From NCBI GenBank assembly GCA_013694695.1, contig JACDBX010000084.1, positions 840-64,839 of the forward strand: 64,000 nt of DNA, written 5' to 3'. Origin of the DNA: Gemmatimonadales bacterium. Its GTDB lineage: Bacteria; Gemmatimonadota; Gemmatimonadetes; Gemmatimonadales; GWC2-71-9. This document shows, one piece after another, positions 38,840 through 48,749 of the stretch (position 1 is the stretch's first letter; the number at the start of each line of letters is the position of its first letter). The notes beneath the pieces were generated by a model. The model saw nothing but the letters and a program-made list of their open reading frames with translations, was not told where the DNA came from and did not search any database. The position numbers and the translations under genes were made by a program.

Positions 38840-40311
38840 GGAACGACTCCGGTGATGTCGTAGATGACCAAGGCGGGGCCAGCGCCACCCGGGTTGCGCG
38901 CCGCAAAGACGTAGGAGCGACCGTTGATGACGGCGAGTTCGCCGGTGTGCAGGCCCTCCGGCACGATGACGCGTCCGCGTAGCGATGGATTGGCCGGATC
39001 CACCCGATCATACACCAGGAGACCGGGTGATGCGAGGTTCTCCGCGGTGGCGACCAGTGCCTTTCCGTCGGCAGTCACGGCTACGTCGCTGACGGTCCCG
39101 ACGTTGTCCACGACGATCTGGCCCGACAACGTGGGCACCCCGGTTGCCGACAGCGACCAGATCTTGATGGCATTCCCGCGTGTCCCGGAGCGCGTGCCCC
39201 ACGTGCCGCTGTAGGCCCAGTTCCCCACCGCCCAGAGGTCGGAGGTGAACCGCTCGTCGACGTTGAAGCCACCGCCCTTCGTGGCCAGCGTGAGCGCATC
39301 CAGTGCCCAGAATCCACTCAGCATGTCCGAGGCATAGAGGGTGTTGCCGAGTTGCATGACGCCCCACACGTAGGTCGAGTTGCCGCCGGGCTGCACCCGG
39401 GCAATGATCCGGCTCGACATGTCGCCGCTCAGCGTGCCCGAGACGTCGATCGCCGCCACGCCGCCGTTGTAGAAGGCGGCGTACAGCACCTGACGCGCCT
39501 CGTCCATCCAGAAGTTGTGTGCGCCGGCGCCTGGAACGTGGATGAAGCCGACTTCCACCGGTGCCGCCAGGTTGGAAACATCAACGATGTGGATGTCGCC
39601 CGACGACGTGGTACCGATGTTCGCCGGCCCCTCCTGCCCCACAAACAGGTAGCGCTTCTGCTGGGTCACCGGATTGTGGAACCACCACGCGTTGTGTGCC
39701 TGCGGTCCTCCCGGCACACCGTTGACGTTGGTGACGAGACTGGAGACGAGTTGCGGTGAGGCCGGCGATCCGCCGCTGATGCCGTTGCCGACGTCATAGA
39801 TCCGGATCCCGTTGTTCCACGCCATCACGAATGCCAGGCCGTCGCGCACGAAGGTGTCGTGGATCCCGTAGTTCGCCGGGATCGGCACCGTGGCGACCAG
39901 CGTGGGGCTCACCGCCGGCGTGGCCTGCGCGGTGGCGTTGAAGACGAGCTGGTTGGCGACGCCGGTGCTGTTCACCGTCACCGTCTGCTGCGCGAGGGCG
40001 GCACCAAGGGTCCAGCGCGCCGTGGCCTCACCGGCCGTGTTGGTCGTCGTGCTGGCGGGCACGATCGTCCCGCCACCGGTCGCGACCGCCCACGTCACGG
40101 TCCGGTTCGCGGCCGGAGTCGTTCCGTTGAGCACGACACGGATCTTGAGCTCGACTGCCAGGGCGGTCGAGGGAAGCCCGAACTGCCCCTGCCCCGCCAC
40201 GATGGACGCCGTGTACGTGTCCGCGACGGGTCCGGGATCGGTGGGGGTGGTGGTTGAGCACGCGGCGACCATGCCCGCCAGGACAAGCCAGCCAGGGGAA
40301 CGCAAAGACAT
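38836..40311 (-). CDS. Lipoprotein with bacterial Ig-like domain and LVIVD-repeat beta-propeller
   Basis: Lipobox LAGMVAACSTT and an Ig-like segment (TVTWAVATGGGTIVPASTTTNTAGEATARWTLG). Repeated LVIVD-type strands are present: GIRIYDVGN, DIHIVDVSN, GVAAIDVSG, GLLVYDRVD, ALVIYDITG. It overlaps the peptidase gene by 4 nt. Confidence 0.75.
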   Translation of the reverse strand: MSLRSPGWLVLAGMVAACSTTTPTDPGPVADTYTASIVAGQGQFGLPSTALAVELKIRVVLNGTTPAANRTVTWAVATGGGTIVPASTTTNTAGEATARWTLGAALAQQTVTVNSTGVANQLVFNATAQATPAVSPTLVATVPIPANYGIHDTFVRDGLAFVMAWNNGIRIYDVGNGISGGSPASPQLVSSLVTNVNGVPGGPQAHNAWWFHNPVTQQKRYLFVGQEGPANIGTTSSGDIHIVDVSNLAAPVEVGFIHVPGAGAHNFWMDEARQVLYAAFYNGGVAAIDVSGTLSGDMSSRIIARVQPGGNSTYVWGVMQLGNTLYASDMLSGFWALDALTLATKGGGFNVDERFTSDLWAVGNWAYSGTWGTRSGTRGNAIKIWSLSATGVPTLSGQIVVDNVGTVSDVAVTADGKALVATAENLASPGLLVYDRVDPANPSLRGRVIVPEGLHTGELAVINGRSYVFAARNPGGAGPALVIYDITGVVP

Positions 40312-40351
40312 GCTGTATGATCTCCGGACGCCGCGGCGTCCCGTGTGGCCA

Positions 40352-41557
40352 TCAGTGACCTTTGTGCGGCGTCATCCCGGCGTGGTCCGGGGCGAGCACG
40401 CCGTAGCGACCCATCCGGTGGCTCCTGCTCCTCCACCCCATCACGACTCCAACGCTGAGCGTGCCTGCGCGGTTCGATCCGTAGGTGGATACCACGTCAA
40501 AGACCCCGCCTGAGACCTCGGCGACACGGCCGGTCGTGAGTTCGACAAATGGGGTCAGCTGGACGCGGCCATCCGGATCCGTGGCGTCGTACTCAGCGCG
40601 GATCGTGTGGAGGGTCCAGCGGGTGATCCCGAGGATTGCGTTCTCCAGGTGCGGGCGGCGCGACCGGAAGGGATCGGCGACTCGCTCCTCCTCGGGGCGC
40701 TCGGTGCGCTCGAAGCGATATGCGGCGCCGATGCGACGGCGGCGCACCAGCACCTCGGCCAGCATCGAGTGAAAGACGAAGAAGCCATCGAGCTCCGAGG
40801 TGCGGGCCCATTCCACCATTGCATATCGCTCGCCCCACGCGGGTGCGTCGTGCCAACGCACCGACGCGGATGCCTTCCGTGCCTCGCCGCCGGCCCCGGC
40901 TCGGTGCTCTGGTGAATGCACGTCGGCGTACGACGCCTGCGCCTCGATCTGATGCACCGGTCGCAGGGTGAGTCGGCCCGCCCACGAGTCGCCGAATCGC
41001 CAGTTGCCATCGTCCCTGAGCAGCAACGGCCAGTCGCCGGGTTCGGTCGGCTCGTCGCCATTGAACACCGAGGCCTCTGCCACCACGGGGCCGATCTTGA
41101 ACTGCGCGATCGCGACAGCGCGTTCCAGTATCTGCGAAAGATGATGATTCACCGGATACATCAGCATCGGTCGGGACATCGGGTCGTCGGTGCCGAACGG
41201 GACGAAACCTTTCCCGGCCGCCAACGCAAGTCGCGCCGATCCGTCGACCGGACCCAGCAGGTCACGCGCCGAGAACATCAGTTCGTGCACGTACGTGTGG
41301 GGGTGCCGACGATCGACGAACCCCTCGCCCCATCCGCCGGCGGTGAGCTGCCCGCCAGGGATCGTCAGCCCCTCCGCATTGAGTGAGATCGTGGCATGGA
41401 GTCGTTCCCCCACAGCAACATCAATCATCACCATCGGCTGCACCAATCGCGCTTCGGTGACCGGCTCGAGCAGTGGTGAGGGCGCCATACGCGTCACGGT
41501 CGCGATCCCCCGCGCCATCGGCGTGACCCGAATGCGGGACTGGGCGGGCAGCGCCAT
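40352..41557 (-). CDS. Hypothetical exported, probably beta-barrel/porin-like protein with His motifs
   Basis: The sequence is beta-strand-like throughout and carries RRHPHTYVHELMF and a C-terminal HRMGRYGVLAPDHAGMTPHKGH. The in-frame upstream sequence encodes [17 protein letters not shown], so the true start is probably upstream of the ATG at 41557 (see findings). Confidence 0.5.
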   Translation of the reverse strand: MALPAQSRIRVTPMARGIATVTRMAPSPLLEPVTEARLVQPMVMIDVAVGERLHATISLNAEGLTIPGGQLTAGGWGEGFVDRRHPHTYVHELMFSARDLLGPVDGSARLALAAGKGFVPFGTDDPMSRPMLMYPVNHHLSQILERAVAIAQFKIGPVVAEASVFNGDEPTEPGDWPLLLRDDGNWRFGDSWAGRLTLRPVHQIEAQASYADVHSPEHRAGAGGEARKASASVRWHDAPAWGERYAMVEWARTSELDGFFVFHSMLAEVLVRRRRIGAAYRFERTERPEEERVADPFRSRRPHLENAILGITRWTLHTIRAEYDATDPDGRVQLTPFVELTTGRVAEVSGGVFDVVSTYGSNRAGTLSVGVVMGWRSRSHRMGRYGVLAPDHAGMTPHKGH

Positions 41558-41604
41558 CGCGCACCCGCCCAGCAGGACCAGCCCGAGACCCGCAAGGCGC
41601 CAGT

Positions 41605-42387
41605 TCAGTTCGACACCGCCCCTGCCCCGGTTTCCTCGCGTTCACGAAGCGATGCCTTGAGGAAGTCCCGGTTCATCCGCGCGATGTTCTCGATCGAGAT
41701 CTGCTTCGGGCACGCTGCCTCGCACTCCGCGAAGTTGGTGCACCCGCCGAATCCTTCGCTGTCCATCTGTTCCACCATGCCGAGCACTCGGCGGTGCCGT
41801 TCGGGCTGTCCCTGGGGGAGCATCGCGAGGTGGCTCACCTTCGCGGCGGTGAACAGCATCGCGGAGGCGTTCGGGCAGGCAGCCACGCACGCGCCGCAGC
41901 CGATGCACTGCGCGGCGTCCATCGCCCGCTCGGCCATTTCCTTGGGAACCAGGATCGCGTTGCCGTCGGGCGCCGCACCGGTGCCCACCGACACGTACCC
42001 GCCTGCCTGAATGATGCGGTCGAAAGACGACCTGTCGACAACAAGATCCCGGATCACCGGAAATGCGCTTGCCCGGAACGGCTCGATCAGAATGTGATCA
42101 CCATCCTTGAACGACCGCATGTGGAGCTGACAGGCGGTAGTGGCCGCCCGCGGGCCGTGGGCCTTTCCGTTGATCATCATGCCGCACGAGCCGCAGATGC
42201 CTTCGCGGCAATCGTGATCAAACGCGATCGGCTCCTCACCCGCGGCGATCAGCCCCTCGTTGACCACGTCGAGCATCTCGAGAAACGACATGTGCTCGTC
42301 GGCCTCGACCGGGTAGGTGCGGAATTCCCCCTTTGCCTCGGGCGACGCCTGGCGCCAGACCTTGAGGGTGAGTCGCATCGTGCTCAT
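41605..42387 (-). CDS. sdhB: Succinate dehydrogenase/fumarate reductase iron-sulfur subunit
   Basis: [27 protein letters not shown] and [12 protein letters not shown]. The ATG at 42387 overlaps the sdhA stop as ATGA. Confidence 0.92.
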   Translation of the reverse strand: MSTMRLTLKVWRQASPEAKGEFRTYPVEADEHMSFLEMLDVVNEGLIAAGEEPIAFDHDCREGICGSCGMMINGKAHGPRAATTACQLHMRSFKDGDHILIEPFRASAFPVIRDLVVDRSSFDRIIQAGGYVSVGTGAAPDGNAILVPKEMAERAMDAAQCIGCGACVAACPNASAMLFTAAKVSHLAMLPQGQPERHRRVLGMVEQMDSEGFGGCTNFAECEAACPKQISIENIARMNRDFLKASLREREETGAGAVSN

Positions 42388-44330
42388 TTGTAGCTCCTGG
42401 TCGCGAGCTGCACAAATTCGAACTCGAGCTGCTCGACATTGCGCTTTGCCGGCACGCCCTCGCCCCGGTACTCCCATACCGCGACATGCGCGAACTCGTC
42501 GTCGTTGCGCAGCGCCTCGCCATCAGGCGTCTGGTACTCGACGCGAAAGTGCCCGCCGCACGATTCCTCGCGCTCCAGGGCATCGCGGCACATCAGCTCG
42601 GCGAACTCCATGAAGTCGGCGACACGGCCGGCCTTCTCCAGCGACTGGTTGAGGGTGTCGGCCGAGCCAAGGACCCGCACGTCAGCCCAGAACTCGGCGC
42701 GCAGTTCCGGGATTCGCCGCAGCGCCAGCTCCAGTCCCTCGCGTGAGCGCGCCATCCCGCAATGGTCCCACATCAGCTTGCCGAGTTCCTTGTGAAAGGA
42801 GTCGACCGACCGACTGCCGTTGATCGCCAGCAGGCGGGCGGTGCGGTCCCGCACCTGCTGTTCCGCCTCGGCGAACGCCGAATGCGACGTGTCCACCTCG
42901 GCGAACTTGGTACCCGCGATGTAGTCACCGATCGTGTACGGCAGCACGAAGTATCCGTCGGCGAGCCCCTGCATCAGTGCGGAGGCGCCAAGTCGGTTCG
43001 CACCATGGTCGGAGAAGTTGGCTTCGCCGATTACGTGCAGCCCGGGGAGCGTGCTCATCAGGTTGTAATCGACCCAAGTGCCGCCCATCGTGTAGTGCAC
43101 CGCGGGGTAGATGCGCATCGGTGTCTGGTAGGGGTTCTCGCCGGTGATCCGCTCGTACATCTCGAAGAGGTTGGCGTAGCGTTCACGGATGACGTCCTCG
43201 CCCAGGCGGCTGATGGCCGTGGCGAAGTCGAGATAGACGCCGAGCCCGCCGCGGCCCACGCCACGCCCCTCGTCGCACGCCTCCTTGGCCGCCCGTGATG
43301 CGATGTCGCGCGGCGCGAGGTTGCCGAAACTCGGGTACTTGCGCTCCAGGAAATAGTCGCGCTCGGCGTCGGGGATGTCCCGGGGCAGGCGGGTGTCATC
43401 CTGCTTCAGCGGCACCCACACCCTGCCGTCGTTCCGCAGCGACTCCGACATCAGGGTGAGCTTCGATTGATACTCGCCGCTCACTGGAATGCACGTCGGG
43501 TGGATCTGCGTGAAGGATGGGTTGGCGAATCCGGCACCCCGCTTCCAGGCGCGGAACGCCGCAGTGACGTTGCAGCCTTTCGCGTTGGTCGAGAGGTAGA
43601 AGACGTTCCCGTAGCCGCCCGTGGCGAGGACGACGTCGTGCCCCGCGTGTGACTCGATCGCACCGGTCACCATGTCGCGCACCACGATCCCGCGGGCGCG
43701 ACCGTCGATGACGACCAGGTCGAGCATCTCGTGGCGGGTGTACATCTGCACCGCCCCGCGCGCGATCTGACGCTCGAGCGCCTGGTACGCGCCGATCAGG
43801 AGCTGCTGGCCGGTCTGGCCGCGCGCGTAAAAGGTGCGGGACACCTGCGCCCCACCAAACGACCGGTTCGCCAGGAGGCCGCCGTACTCCCGCGCGAACG
43901 GCACGCCCTGCGCCACGCACTGGTCGATGATGTCGGCCGAGACCTGCGAGAGGCGGTACACGTTGCCCTCGCGCGACCGGAAGTCGCCGCCCTTGATGGT
44001 GTCGCGGAAGAGGCGCTCGACGGAGTCTCCGTCGTTCTGATAGTTCTTGGCGGCATTGATGCCGCCCTGGGCCGCAATCGAGTGGGCACGCCGCGGCGAG
44101 TCCTGGAAGCAGAAGCACGACACGTTGTAGCCAAGCTCGGCCAGTGAGGCCGCTGCTGACGCCCCGGCGAGGCCGGAACCGACCACGATGACGTGATACT
44201 TGCGCTTGTTGGCTGGCGACACGAGCCGCAGCGCCGAGCGATGGCGATCCCACTTCTCGGCGAGGGGACCGTCGGGGATCCGGTCGTCGAGTTGCATCGG
44301 GACGTCAGGCGCGCCGGTCAACGTAGCCAC
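42384..44330 (-). CDS. sdhA: Succinate dehydrogenase/fumarate reductase flavoprotein subunit
   Basis: [12 protein letters not shown], the FAD-attachment region [14 protein letters not shown], and HPTCIP...HYTMGG. Confidence 0.94.
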   Translation of the reverse strand: MATLTGAPDVPMQLDDRIPDGPLAEKWDRHRSALRLVSPANKRKYHVIVVGSGLAGASAAASLAELGYNVSCFCFQDSPRRAHSIAAQGGINAAKNYQNDGDSVERLFRDTIKGGDFRSREGNVYRLSQVSADIIDQCVAQGVPFAREYGGLLANRSFGGAQVSRTFYARGQTGQQLLIGAYQALERQIARGAVQMYTRHEMLDLVVIDGRARGIVVRDMVTGAIESHAGHDVVLATGGYGNVFYLSTNAKGCNVTAAFRAWKRGAGFANPSFTQIHPTCIPVSGEYQSKLTLMSESLRNDGRVWVPLKQDDTRLPRDIPDAERDYFLERKYPSFGNLAPRDIASRAAKEACDEGRGVGRGGLGVYLDFATAISRLGEDVIRERYANLFEMYERITGENPYQTPMRIYPAVHYTMGGTWVDYNLMSTLPGLHVIGEANFSDHGANRLGASALMQGLADGYFVLPYTIGDYIAGTKFAEVDTSHSAFAEAEQQVRDRTARLLAINGSRSVDSFHKELGKLMWDHCGMARSREGLELALRRIPELRAEFWADVRVLGSADTLNQSLEKAGRVADFMEFAELMCRDALEREESCGGHFRVEYQTPDGEALRNDDEFAHVAVWEYRGEGVPAKRNVEQLEFEFVQLATRSYK

Positions 44331-44974
44331 CCCAGCAGTGCAGCGGCGGGGATCGACGCGAAGCCACCGGCCACCAGGACGGTGAGGCCGATCGCGATCC
44401 CGCGTCGCCAGCGGTTCCAGGTCGGGTGATTGATCCCCAGCGTCTGGAACACCGACCAGATGCCGTGCAGGAAATGTGCACCGAGGGCAATCATCGAGAC
44501 GAGATAGAAGAGTGCAACGGGCTTCGACTCCATCCCCCGCACCAGGTTGCGGCCCACCTCCCCGACCCGGAAGTCGGGATGGATGATGCCAACAGTGTAG
44601 TGCAGGATGTGGAAGATGATGAACACCAGGATCAGCACGCCGCCCCAGCGCATGGTGCGGGAGGCATAGGTGCTGGCCGGGCGGTCATGATCCCGATACG
44701 AGCCGCCACGCCCGGCCCGGGCAAGTGCCGAGAGCTGGTATGCTGCGGCGATGTGGATCACTACTGCGCCAAGGAGGATGAGGCGCGGGATCCAGAGGAG
44801 CGGCCCGAAGCCTCGCAACCAGGCGCCGTAGAGATCCAGCGAGGCGCCATCGACGAAGACCAGCACGTTCGAGATCATGTGCGAGATCAGGAAGCCCACG
44901 AGCAGAAGCCCCGTCAGGGACATCGCGATCTTCTTCCCGATCGTTGAACGCCACAACCCGATGATCGCGTTCAC
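44318..44974 (-). CDS. sdhC: Succinate dehydrogenase cytochrome b subunit (single-subunit, b558-type)
   Basis: A 218-aa protein with ~5 TM helices and conserved His residues, immediately upstream of sdhA in sdhCAB order. Confidence 0.75.
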   Translation of the reverse strand: MNAIIGLWRSTIGKKIAMSLTGLLLVGFLISHMISNVLVFVDGASLDLYGAWLRGFGPLLWIPRLILLGAVVIHIAAAYQLSALARAGRGGSYRDHDRPASTYASRTMRWGGVLILVFIIFHILHYTVGIIHPDFRVGEVGRNLVRGMESKPVALFYLVSMIALGAHFLHGIWSVFQTLGINHPTWNRWRRGIAIGLTVLVAGGFASIPAAALLGWLR

Positions 44975-44981
44975 GTGCCGC

Positions 44982-45905
44982 TCAGACGATCGCCTGGATC
45001 GACCGCACCGCCTCGGCCGAGGCGTGAAGCGCCGCGTGTTCCTCGGCGGTCAGCGTGATCGGGATGATCCGCTCGAGGCCCTTGCGCCCGAGGAGGCAAG
45101 GTACGCCGCAGTAGACATCGCTAAGGTCGAACTCACCCTGAAGCCACGCCGAGCAGGGGAGGATCCGTTTCTTGTCGAGGACGATCGCCTCGACCATCTG
45201 CACGGCGGCGGCGCTCGGCGCGTAGTAGGCCGATCCGGTCTTGAGGTGCGCCACGATCTCTGCGCCGCCGTTGCGGGCCCGGGTGACTATGCTGGCGAGG
45301 GTCGACTGGTCGAGCAGTTGCGTCACCGGAATGCCCGAAACCGTGGTGTAGGAGATCAGTGGGACCATGGTATCGCCGTGGCCGCCCAGCACCATCGCCT
45401 GAATGTCCTCCACGGATACGCCCAGCGCCTCCGACAGGAACATCCGGTATCGGGCAGTATCGAGCACACCGGCCATGCCGATCACGCGTTCCCGCGGGAA
45501 GCCGGTTGCCTCGCGCATCACGTAGCACATCGCGTCGAGCGGGTTCGACACCACGATCACGATCGCATTGGGAGCGGCTCGCTTGATCTCGGCACCGACC
45601 GACTTGACGATCCCGGCATTGGTGCGCACCAGGTCGTCGCGGCTCATCCCTGGCTTACGCGCGATGCCGGCGGTGACCACGAACAGCTCGGAACCTGCGG
45701 ACAGCGAGTAATCGTTGGCACCGAGGACGCGGGCATCGAAGCCCTCGACCGGCCCGGACTGCCATTGGTCGAGCGCCTTCCCCTGCGGAACGCCCTCGGC
45801 CACGTCGACCATGATGACCGTGCGGGCCAGGTGCTTCTCGGCGATCCGCTGCGCCGCCGTGGCGCCGACATTTCCCGCGCCAACTACCGTGATCTTCTCG
45901 AACAT
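44982..45905 (-). CDS. mdh: Malate dehydrogenase (LDH-like family)
   Basis: [29 protein letters not shown] and [10 protein letters not shown] trimmed the start to ATG at 45905; the 126 upstream ORF codons are Arg/Ala/Ser-rich junk. Confidence 0.92.
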   Translation of the reverse strand: MFEKITVVGAGNVGATAAQRIAEKHLARTVIMVDVAEGVPQGKALDQWQSGPVEGFDARVLGANDYSLSAGSELFVVTAGIARKPGMSRDDLVRTNAGIVKSVGAEIKRAAPNAIVIVVSNPLDAMCYVMREATGFPRERVIGMAGVLDTARYRMFLSEALGVSVEDIQAMVLGGHGDTMVPLISYTTVSGIPVTQLLDQSTLASIVTRARNGGAEIVAHLKTGSAYYAPSAAAVQMVEAIVLDKKRILPCSAWLQGEFDLSDVYCGVPCLLGRKGLERIIPITLTAEEHAALHASAEAVRSIQAIV

Positions 45906-46011
45906 GCGTGTATGAGGCCCGCGAGGAGGTTGGGCGCCGTGTGCGCGGCGCGTCGCAGTGCATCTGATGGCTGCAAAGTTATACCGGGCCATCGGTTGAC
46001 CCAAGTTTTCC

Positions 46012-46497
46012 TCAGCGGTGGCGGCGCTTCCTGGCCGGGCGCGCGGGCGCGTCGGTGATCCGTGGCGCCGCGATCTCCAGCACCGCCGCAACGGCATCGG
46101 CCAGCACGACAGTCTTGCGACGGCCCTGGGCAGGGAGTCGGAAGAGGCGGTCGGGATATTTCTCGCGGATGCGCTCCGGCATGCTGCCCACCTCGTCACC
46201 GAAGACCAGCACCGAATTGGGGCGATAGGGTGCGTCGCGTGCGTCGCGCTCACCCTCCGTCCCGAAGTAGAGGCAGCGCTCACGGCTCATCGCGTCGCGG
46301 AAATCCCGCCACCCCGGGTGCACCCACATGTCGACCGGCGCGGCGCCGGCGGACCCATCGCGGAGTGCAGGGTCGTCGGCGGCAAAGCCGAGCGGGCCGA
46401 TGAGGTGCAACGGGGCGTCGGCAGAGGCGCATTGCCGGGCGACCGCGGCAATCGCGGGCGCAGTGAGCGCTTCAAGCAGGGCAACGTGGAGAGCCAT
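46012..46497 (-). CDS. trmL: SpoU/TrmL-type tRNA 2'-O-methyltransferase
   Basis: [10 protein letters not shown]...[10 protein letters not shown]-like region, [21 protein letters not shown] trimmed the start to ATG at 46497. Confidence 0.75.
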   Translation of the reverse strand: MALHVALLEALTAPAIAAVARQCASADAPLHLIGPLGFAADDPALRDGSAGAAPVDMWVHPGWRDFRDAMSRERCLYFGTEGERDARDAPYRPNSVLVFGDEVGSMPERIREKYPDRLFRLPAQGRRKTVVLADAVAAVLEIAAPRITDAPARPARKRRHR

Positions 46498-46622
46498 GGC
46501 ATCCGTCGTGGTGAGGGCGAGGTCGCGAAGACATACGCGCTCTCTCGCGGCGGGGCAACTATTCGGGAGGCAGTGGTCGCGTCGCCGGGTAATCATGTTC
46601 CCGACACGCCGGGGATCTTTCG

Positions 46623-47651
46623 TCAACCGCCCCTGACGTGCATCTCGCGCCGGGGATCGGCGCGGAGGTCACCCAGCTCGAGCAGCGGCTGGCGATCCGG
46701 CTCGGCGAGTCGCTCCTCTGCACCTCGATCCGTGCGCGCTCGCCAGATCGCCGCGATGGCGTTGCGCAGGGCATCCTGGTCAGCCGACGCATCCCGGAGG
46801 ATCGCGCGGAGGTCGTGACCGCCTGTCGCGTACAGGCAGGTGAAAAGCGTGCCGTCGGCGGTGAGCCGCGCCCGGTCACAGTTGCGGCAGAACGGTGTGG
46901 TGGTCGAGGCGATCACACCCACGGTCCCGATCCGGGGAAACACGAACGATTCCGCGGGGGCGTGGGGGTCACCGCGGCGCCGACCGGTCGCCGGTGTGCC
47001 GAACGCCTCGCCCAGGGTCTTCAGGATCTCCTCGCGGGTGAGCACGCGATCGTCGCGCCACTGTGTTGCCCCGCCCACGTCCATGTACTCGATGAAGCGC
47101 ATCTCGGCATCGTGATCCGCCGCGAAGCGTACCAGGTCGGCAAGTTCGTCGTCATTGTACCCCCGGACCACCACCGCATTCAGCTTGGTGCGCGCGAAGC
47201 CGGCATCGCGCAGTGCGACGATGCCGGCCACGACGTCGGCGTGCCGGGCGCTGCGCGCGAACGCCGCCATTCGCTCGGGGCGCAGCGTGTCGATGCTCAC
47301 CGTCACCCGATCGAGACCCGCATCGCGCAGTGCGTGCGCCACGGGTGCGAGCAGCAGGCCGTTGGTCGTAAGCGCAATCTCGTCGATGCCATCGATGGCG
47401 CGCAGCATCCTGACCAGGGCCGGGATATCACGGCGCAGCAATGGCTCCCCACCGGTGAGGCGCATCTTGCGCACACCCGCGTGCACGAACGCCGCGGCAG
47501 CCCGGACGATCTCCTCGAAGGTGAGGAGCGACTCGCGCGGAAGCCAGGTGTAGTGCTCCTCCGGCATGCAGTAGTTGCACCGGAGGTTGCATCGGTCGGT
47601 CACGGAAATCCGGAGCGACTGCAACGGGCGCTGCAGGGTGTCGACGATCAT
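46623..47651 (-). CDS. moaA: GTP 3',8-cyclase (radical SAM, molybdenum cofactor biosynthesis)
   Basis: LRISVTDRCNLRCNYCMPEE, LTGGEPLLR, and the C-terminal FCRNCDRARLTADG. Confidence 0.93.
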   Translation of the reverse strand: MIVDTLQRPLQSLRISVTDRCNLRCNYCMPEEHYTWLPRESLLTFEEIVRAAAAFVHAGVRKMRLTGGEPLLRRDIPALVRMLRAIDGIDEIALTTNGLLLAPVAHALRDAGLDRVTVSIDTLRPERMAAFARSARHADVVAGIVALRDAGFARTKLNAVVVRGYNDDELADLVRFAADHDAEMRFIEYMDVGGATQWRDDRVLTREEILKTLGEAFGTPATGRRRGDPHAPAESFVFPRIGTVGVIASTTTPFCRNCDRARLTADGTLFTCLYATGGHDLRAILRDASADQDALRNAIAAIWRARTDRGAEERLAEPDRQPLLELGDLRADPRREMHVRGG

Positions 47652-48130
47652 GTTTCCTCCGACTCCCTACGCTCCGTGCCCGCGGTCGGATCGACCCATG
47701 CTGATGTCCCGTCGGCATAATGCTCGTGCTTCCAGATCGGGACGCGGCGCTTGACCTCCTCGATCACGAAACGGCACGTGGCAAACCCCTCGGCGCGGTG
47801 CGCGCTCCCTACCGCGACCGCGACCGCGATGTCACCGATCACGAGGTCACCCAGTCGATGGCGGATCGCCACCACCACATCCCACCTGGTCATCGCCTCC
47901 TCGGCGATGGCCGCGCATTCCTGTTCCGCCATTTCCGGGTACGCGGTGTACGAGAGGCGGTCCACGGAACGGCCGCCGTGGTGGTTCCGCACGTGCCCGG
48001 TGAAACTGGTGACCGCACCGTGGTCTGGCCGGATCACGAGGGCGCCGAGCGCCGTAGGGTCGATCGGGTCGGTGGTGAGCGAGGTCAACGACTCAGCCCC
48101 CGGCGAGGGGCGGCAGGAGTGCGAGGGCAT
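47648..48130 (-). CDS. moaE: Molybdopterin synthase catalytic subunit
   Basis: GAVTSFTGHVRNHHGGRSV and PIWKHEHYADG. ATG at 48130 overlaps moaD by 38 nt; the alternative TTG at 48088 lies 5 nt after the moaD stop. Confidence 0.85.
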   Translation of the reverse strand: MPSHSCRPSPGAESLTSLTTDPIDPTALGALVIRPDHGAVTSFTGHVRNHHGGRSVDRLSYTAYPEMAEQECAAIAEEAMTRWDVVVAIRHRLGDLVIGDIAVAVAVGSAHRAEGFATCRFVIEEVKRRVPIWKHEHYADGTSAWVDPTAGTERRESEET

Positions 48131-48338
48131 CGCCGGGTTCGATCAAGTCACCGGGAGCAGCGATCCTGAGGTTGCGGGCGAGCACCGGCTGAGCCGGAAG
48201 TGCGCTGCCCCCCGGGAGGGCGCGGAGGGCGTCGGTCAGCATCGAGACGGTGGCGGGGGTGGGCAGGTCGACCGCAAGTTCTTCCGCACCAAGCAATTCG
48301 GCGTACCGAGCGAGGAGCTGGACGCGATAACCGTTCAT
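48093..48338 (-). CDS. moaD: Molybdopterin synthase sulfur-carrier subunit
   Basis: 81 aa, ubiquitin-like, ending LLPPLAGG. Confidence 0.85.
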   Translation of the reverse strand: MNGYRVQLLARYAELLGAEELAVDLPTPATVSMLTDALRALPGGSALPAQPVLARNLRIAAPGDLIEPGDALALLPPLAGG

Positions 48339-48670
48339 TCGTCGTACGAATCGTCTTCGTCGGCTGGATCGAACTCCTCGTTGGCAACGAGGGCGCGTAA
48401 CTCCTTGCTGGGCTTGAACACCGGCACTGGACGCGCCGCCACTTCGACCGGATCGCCGGTGCGCGGGTTGCGCGCCATGCGGGTCTTGCGACGCCGGATC
48501 TTGAACGTTCCGAAACCGCGAACCTCGATGTTGTGCTGCTCACGCAGTGCGTGCTTGACCGCGTCGAGGAAGGCGTCGACAACGCGCGCGCAATCCTTCT
48601 TCGAGATCATCGGCCCGGAAGTTCGGGCGATCGCTGCAGTCACCTGTTCGACGAGATCGGCCTTGGTCAT
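48335..48670 (-). CDS. HU/IHF-family DNA-binding protein with acidic C-terminal tail
   Basis: MTKADLVEQV...VRGFGTFKIRRRKTRMARNPRTGDPVEVAARPVPVFKPSKEL, followed by NEEFDPADEDDSYDE. ATG at 48670 has GAGGG upstream. Confidence 0.88.
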   Translation of the reverse strand: MTKADLVEQVTAAIARTSGPMISKKDCARVVDAFLDAVKHALREQHNIEVRGFGTFKIRRRKTRMARNPRTGDPVEVAARPVPVFKPSKELRALVANEEFDPADEDDSYDE

Positions 48671-48749
48671 CGGTCCCTCAGTGAGGTGGCCGGGGTCGTC
48701 CGTGACCCCACCATTCGGGCCGATATGTACGACGCTTAAGTGTTGTCTG

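Noticed and set aside
45906-46283. N-terminal extensions in the ORF track (mdh 433 aa here; likewise pgk, carA, nuoD, nuoK, nuoL, the HU-like gene, DUF427, pilT, dcd, radA, yicC)
   Set aside because: The extensions overlap the upstream gene or are low-complexity. Internal ATG/GTG codons give canonical N-termini and usually abut the upstream stop. I verified base by base that the track also counts GTG and TTG as M.
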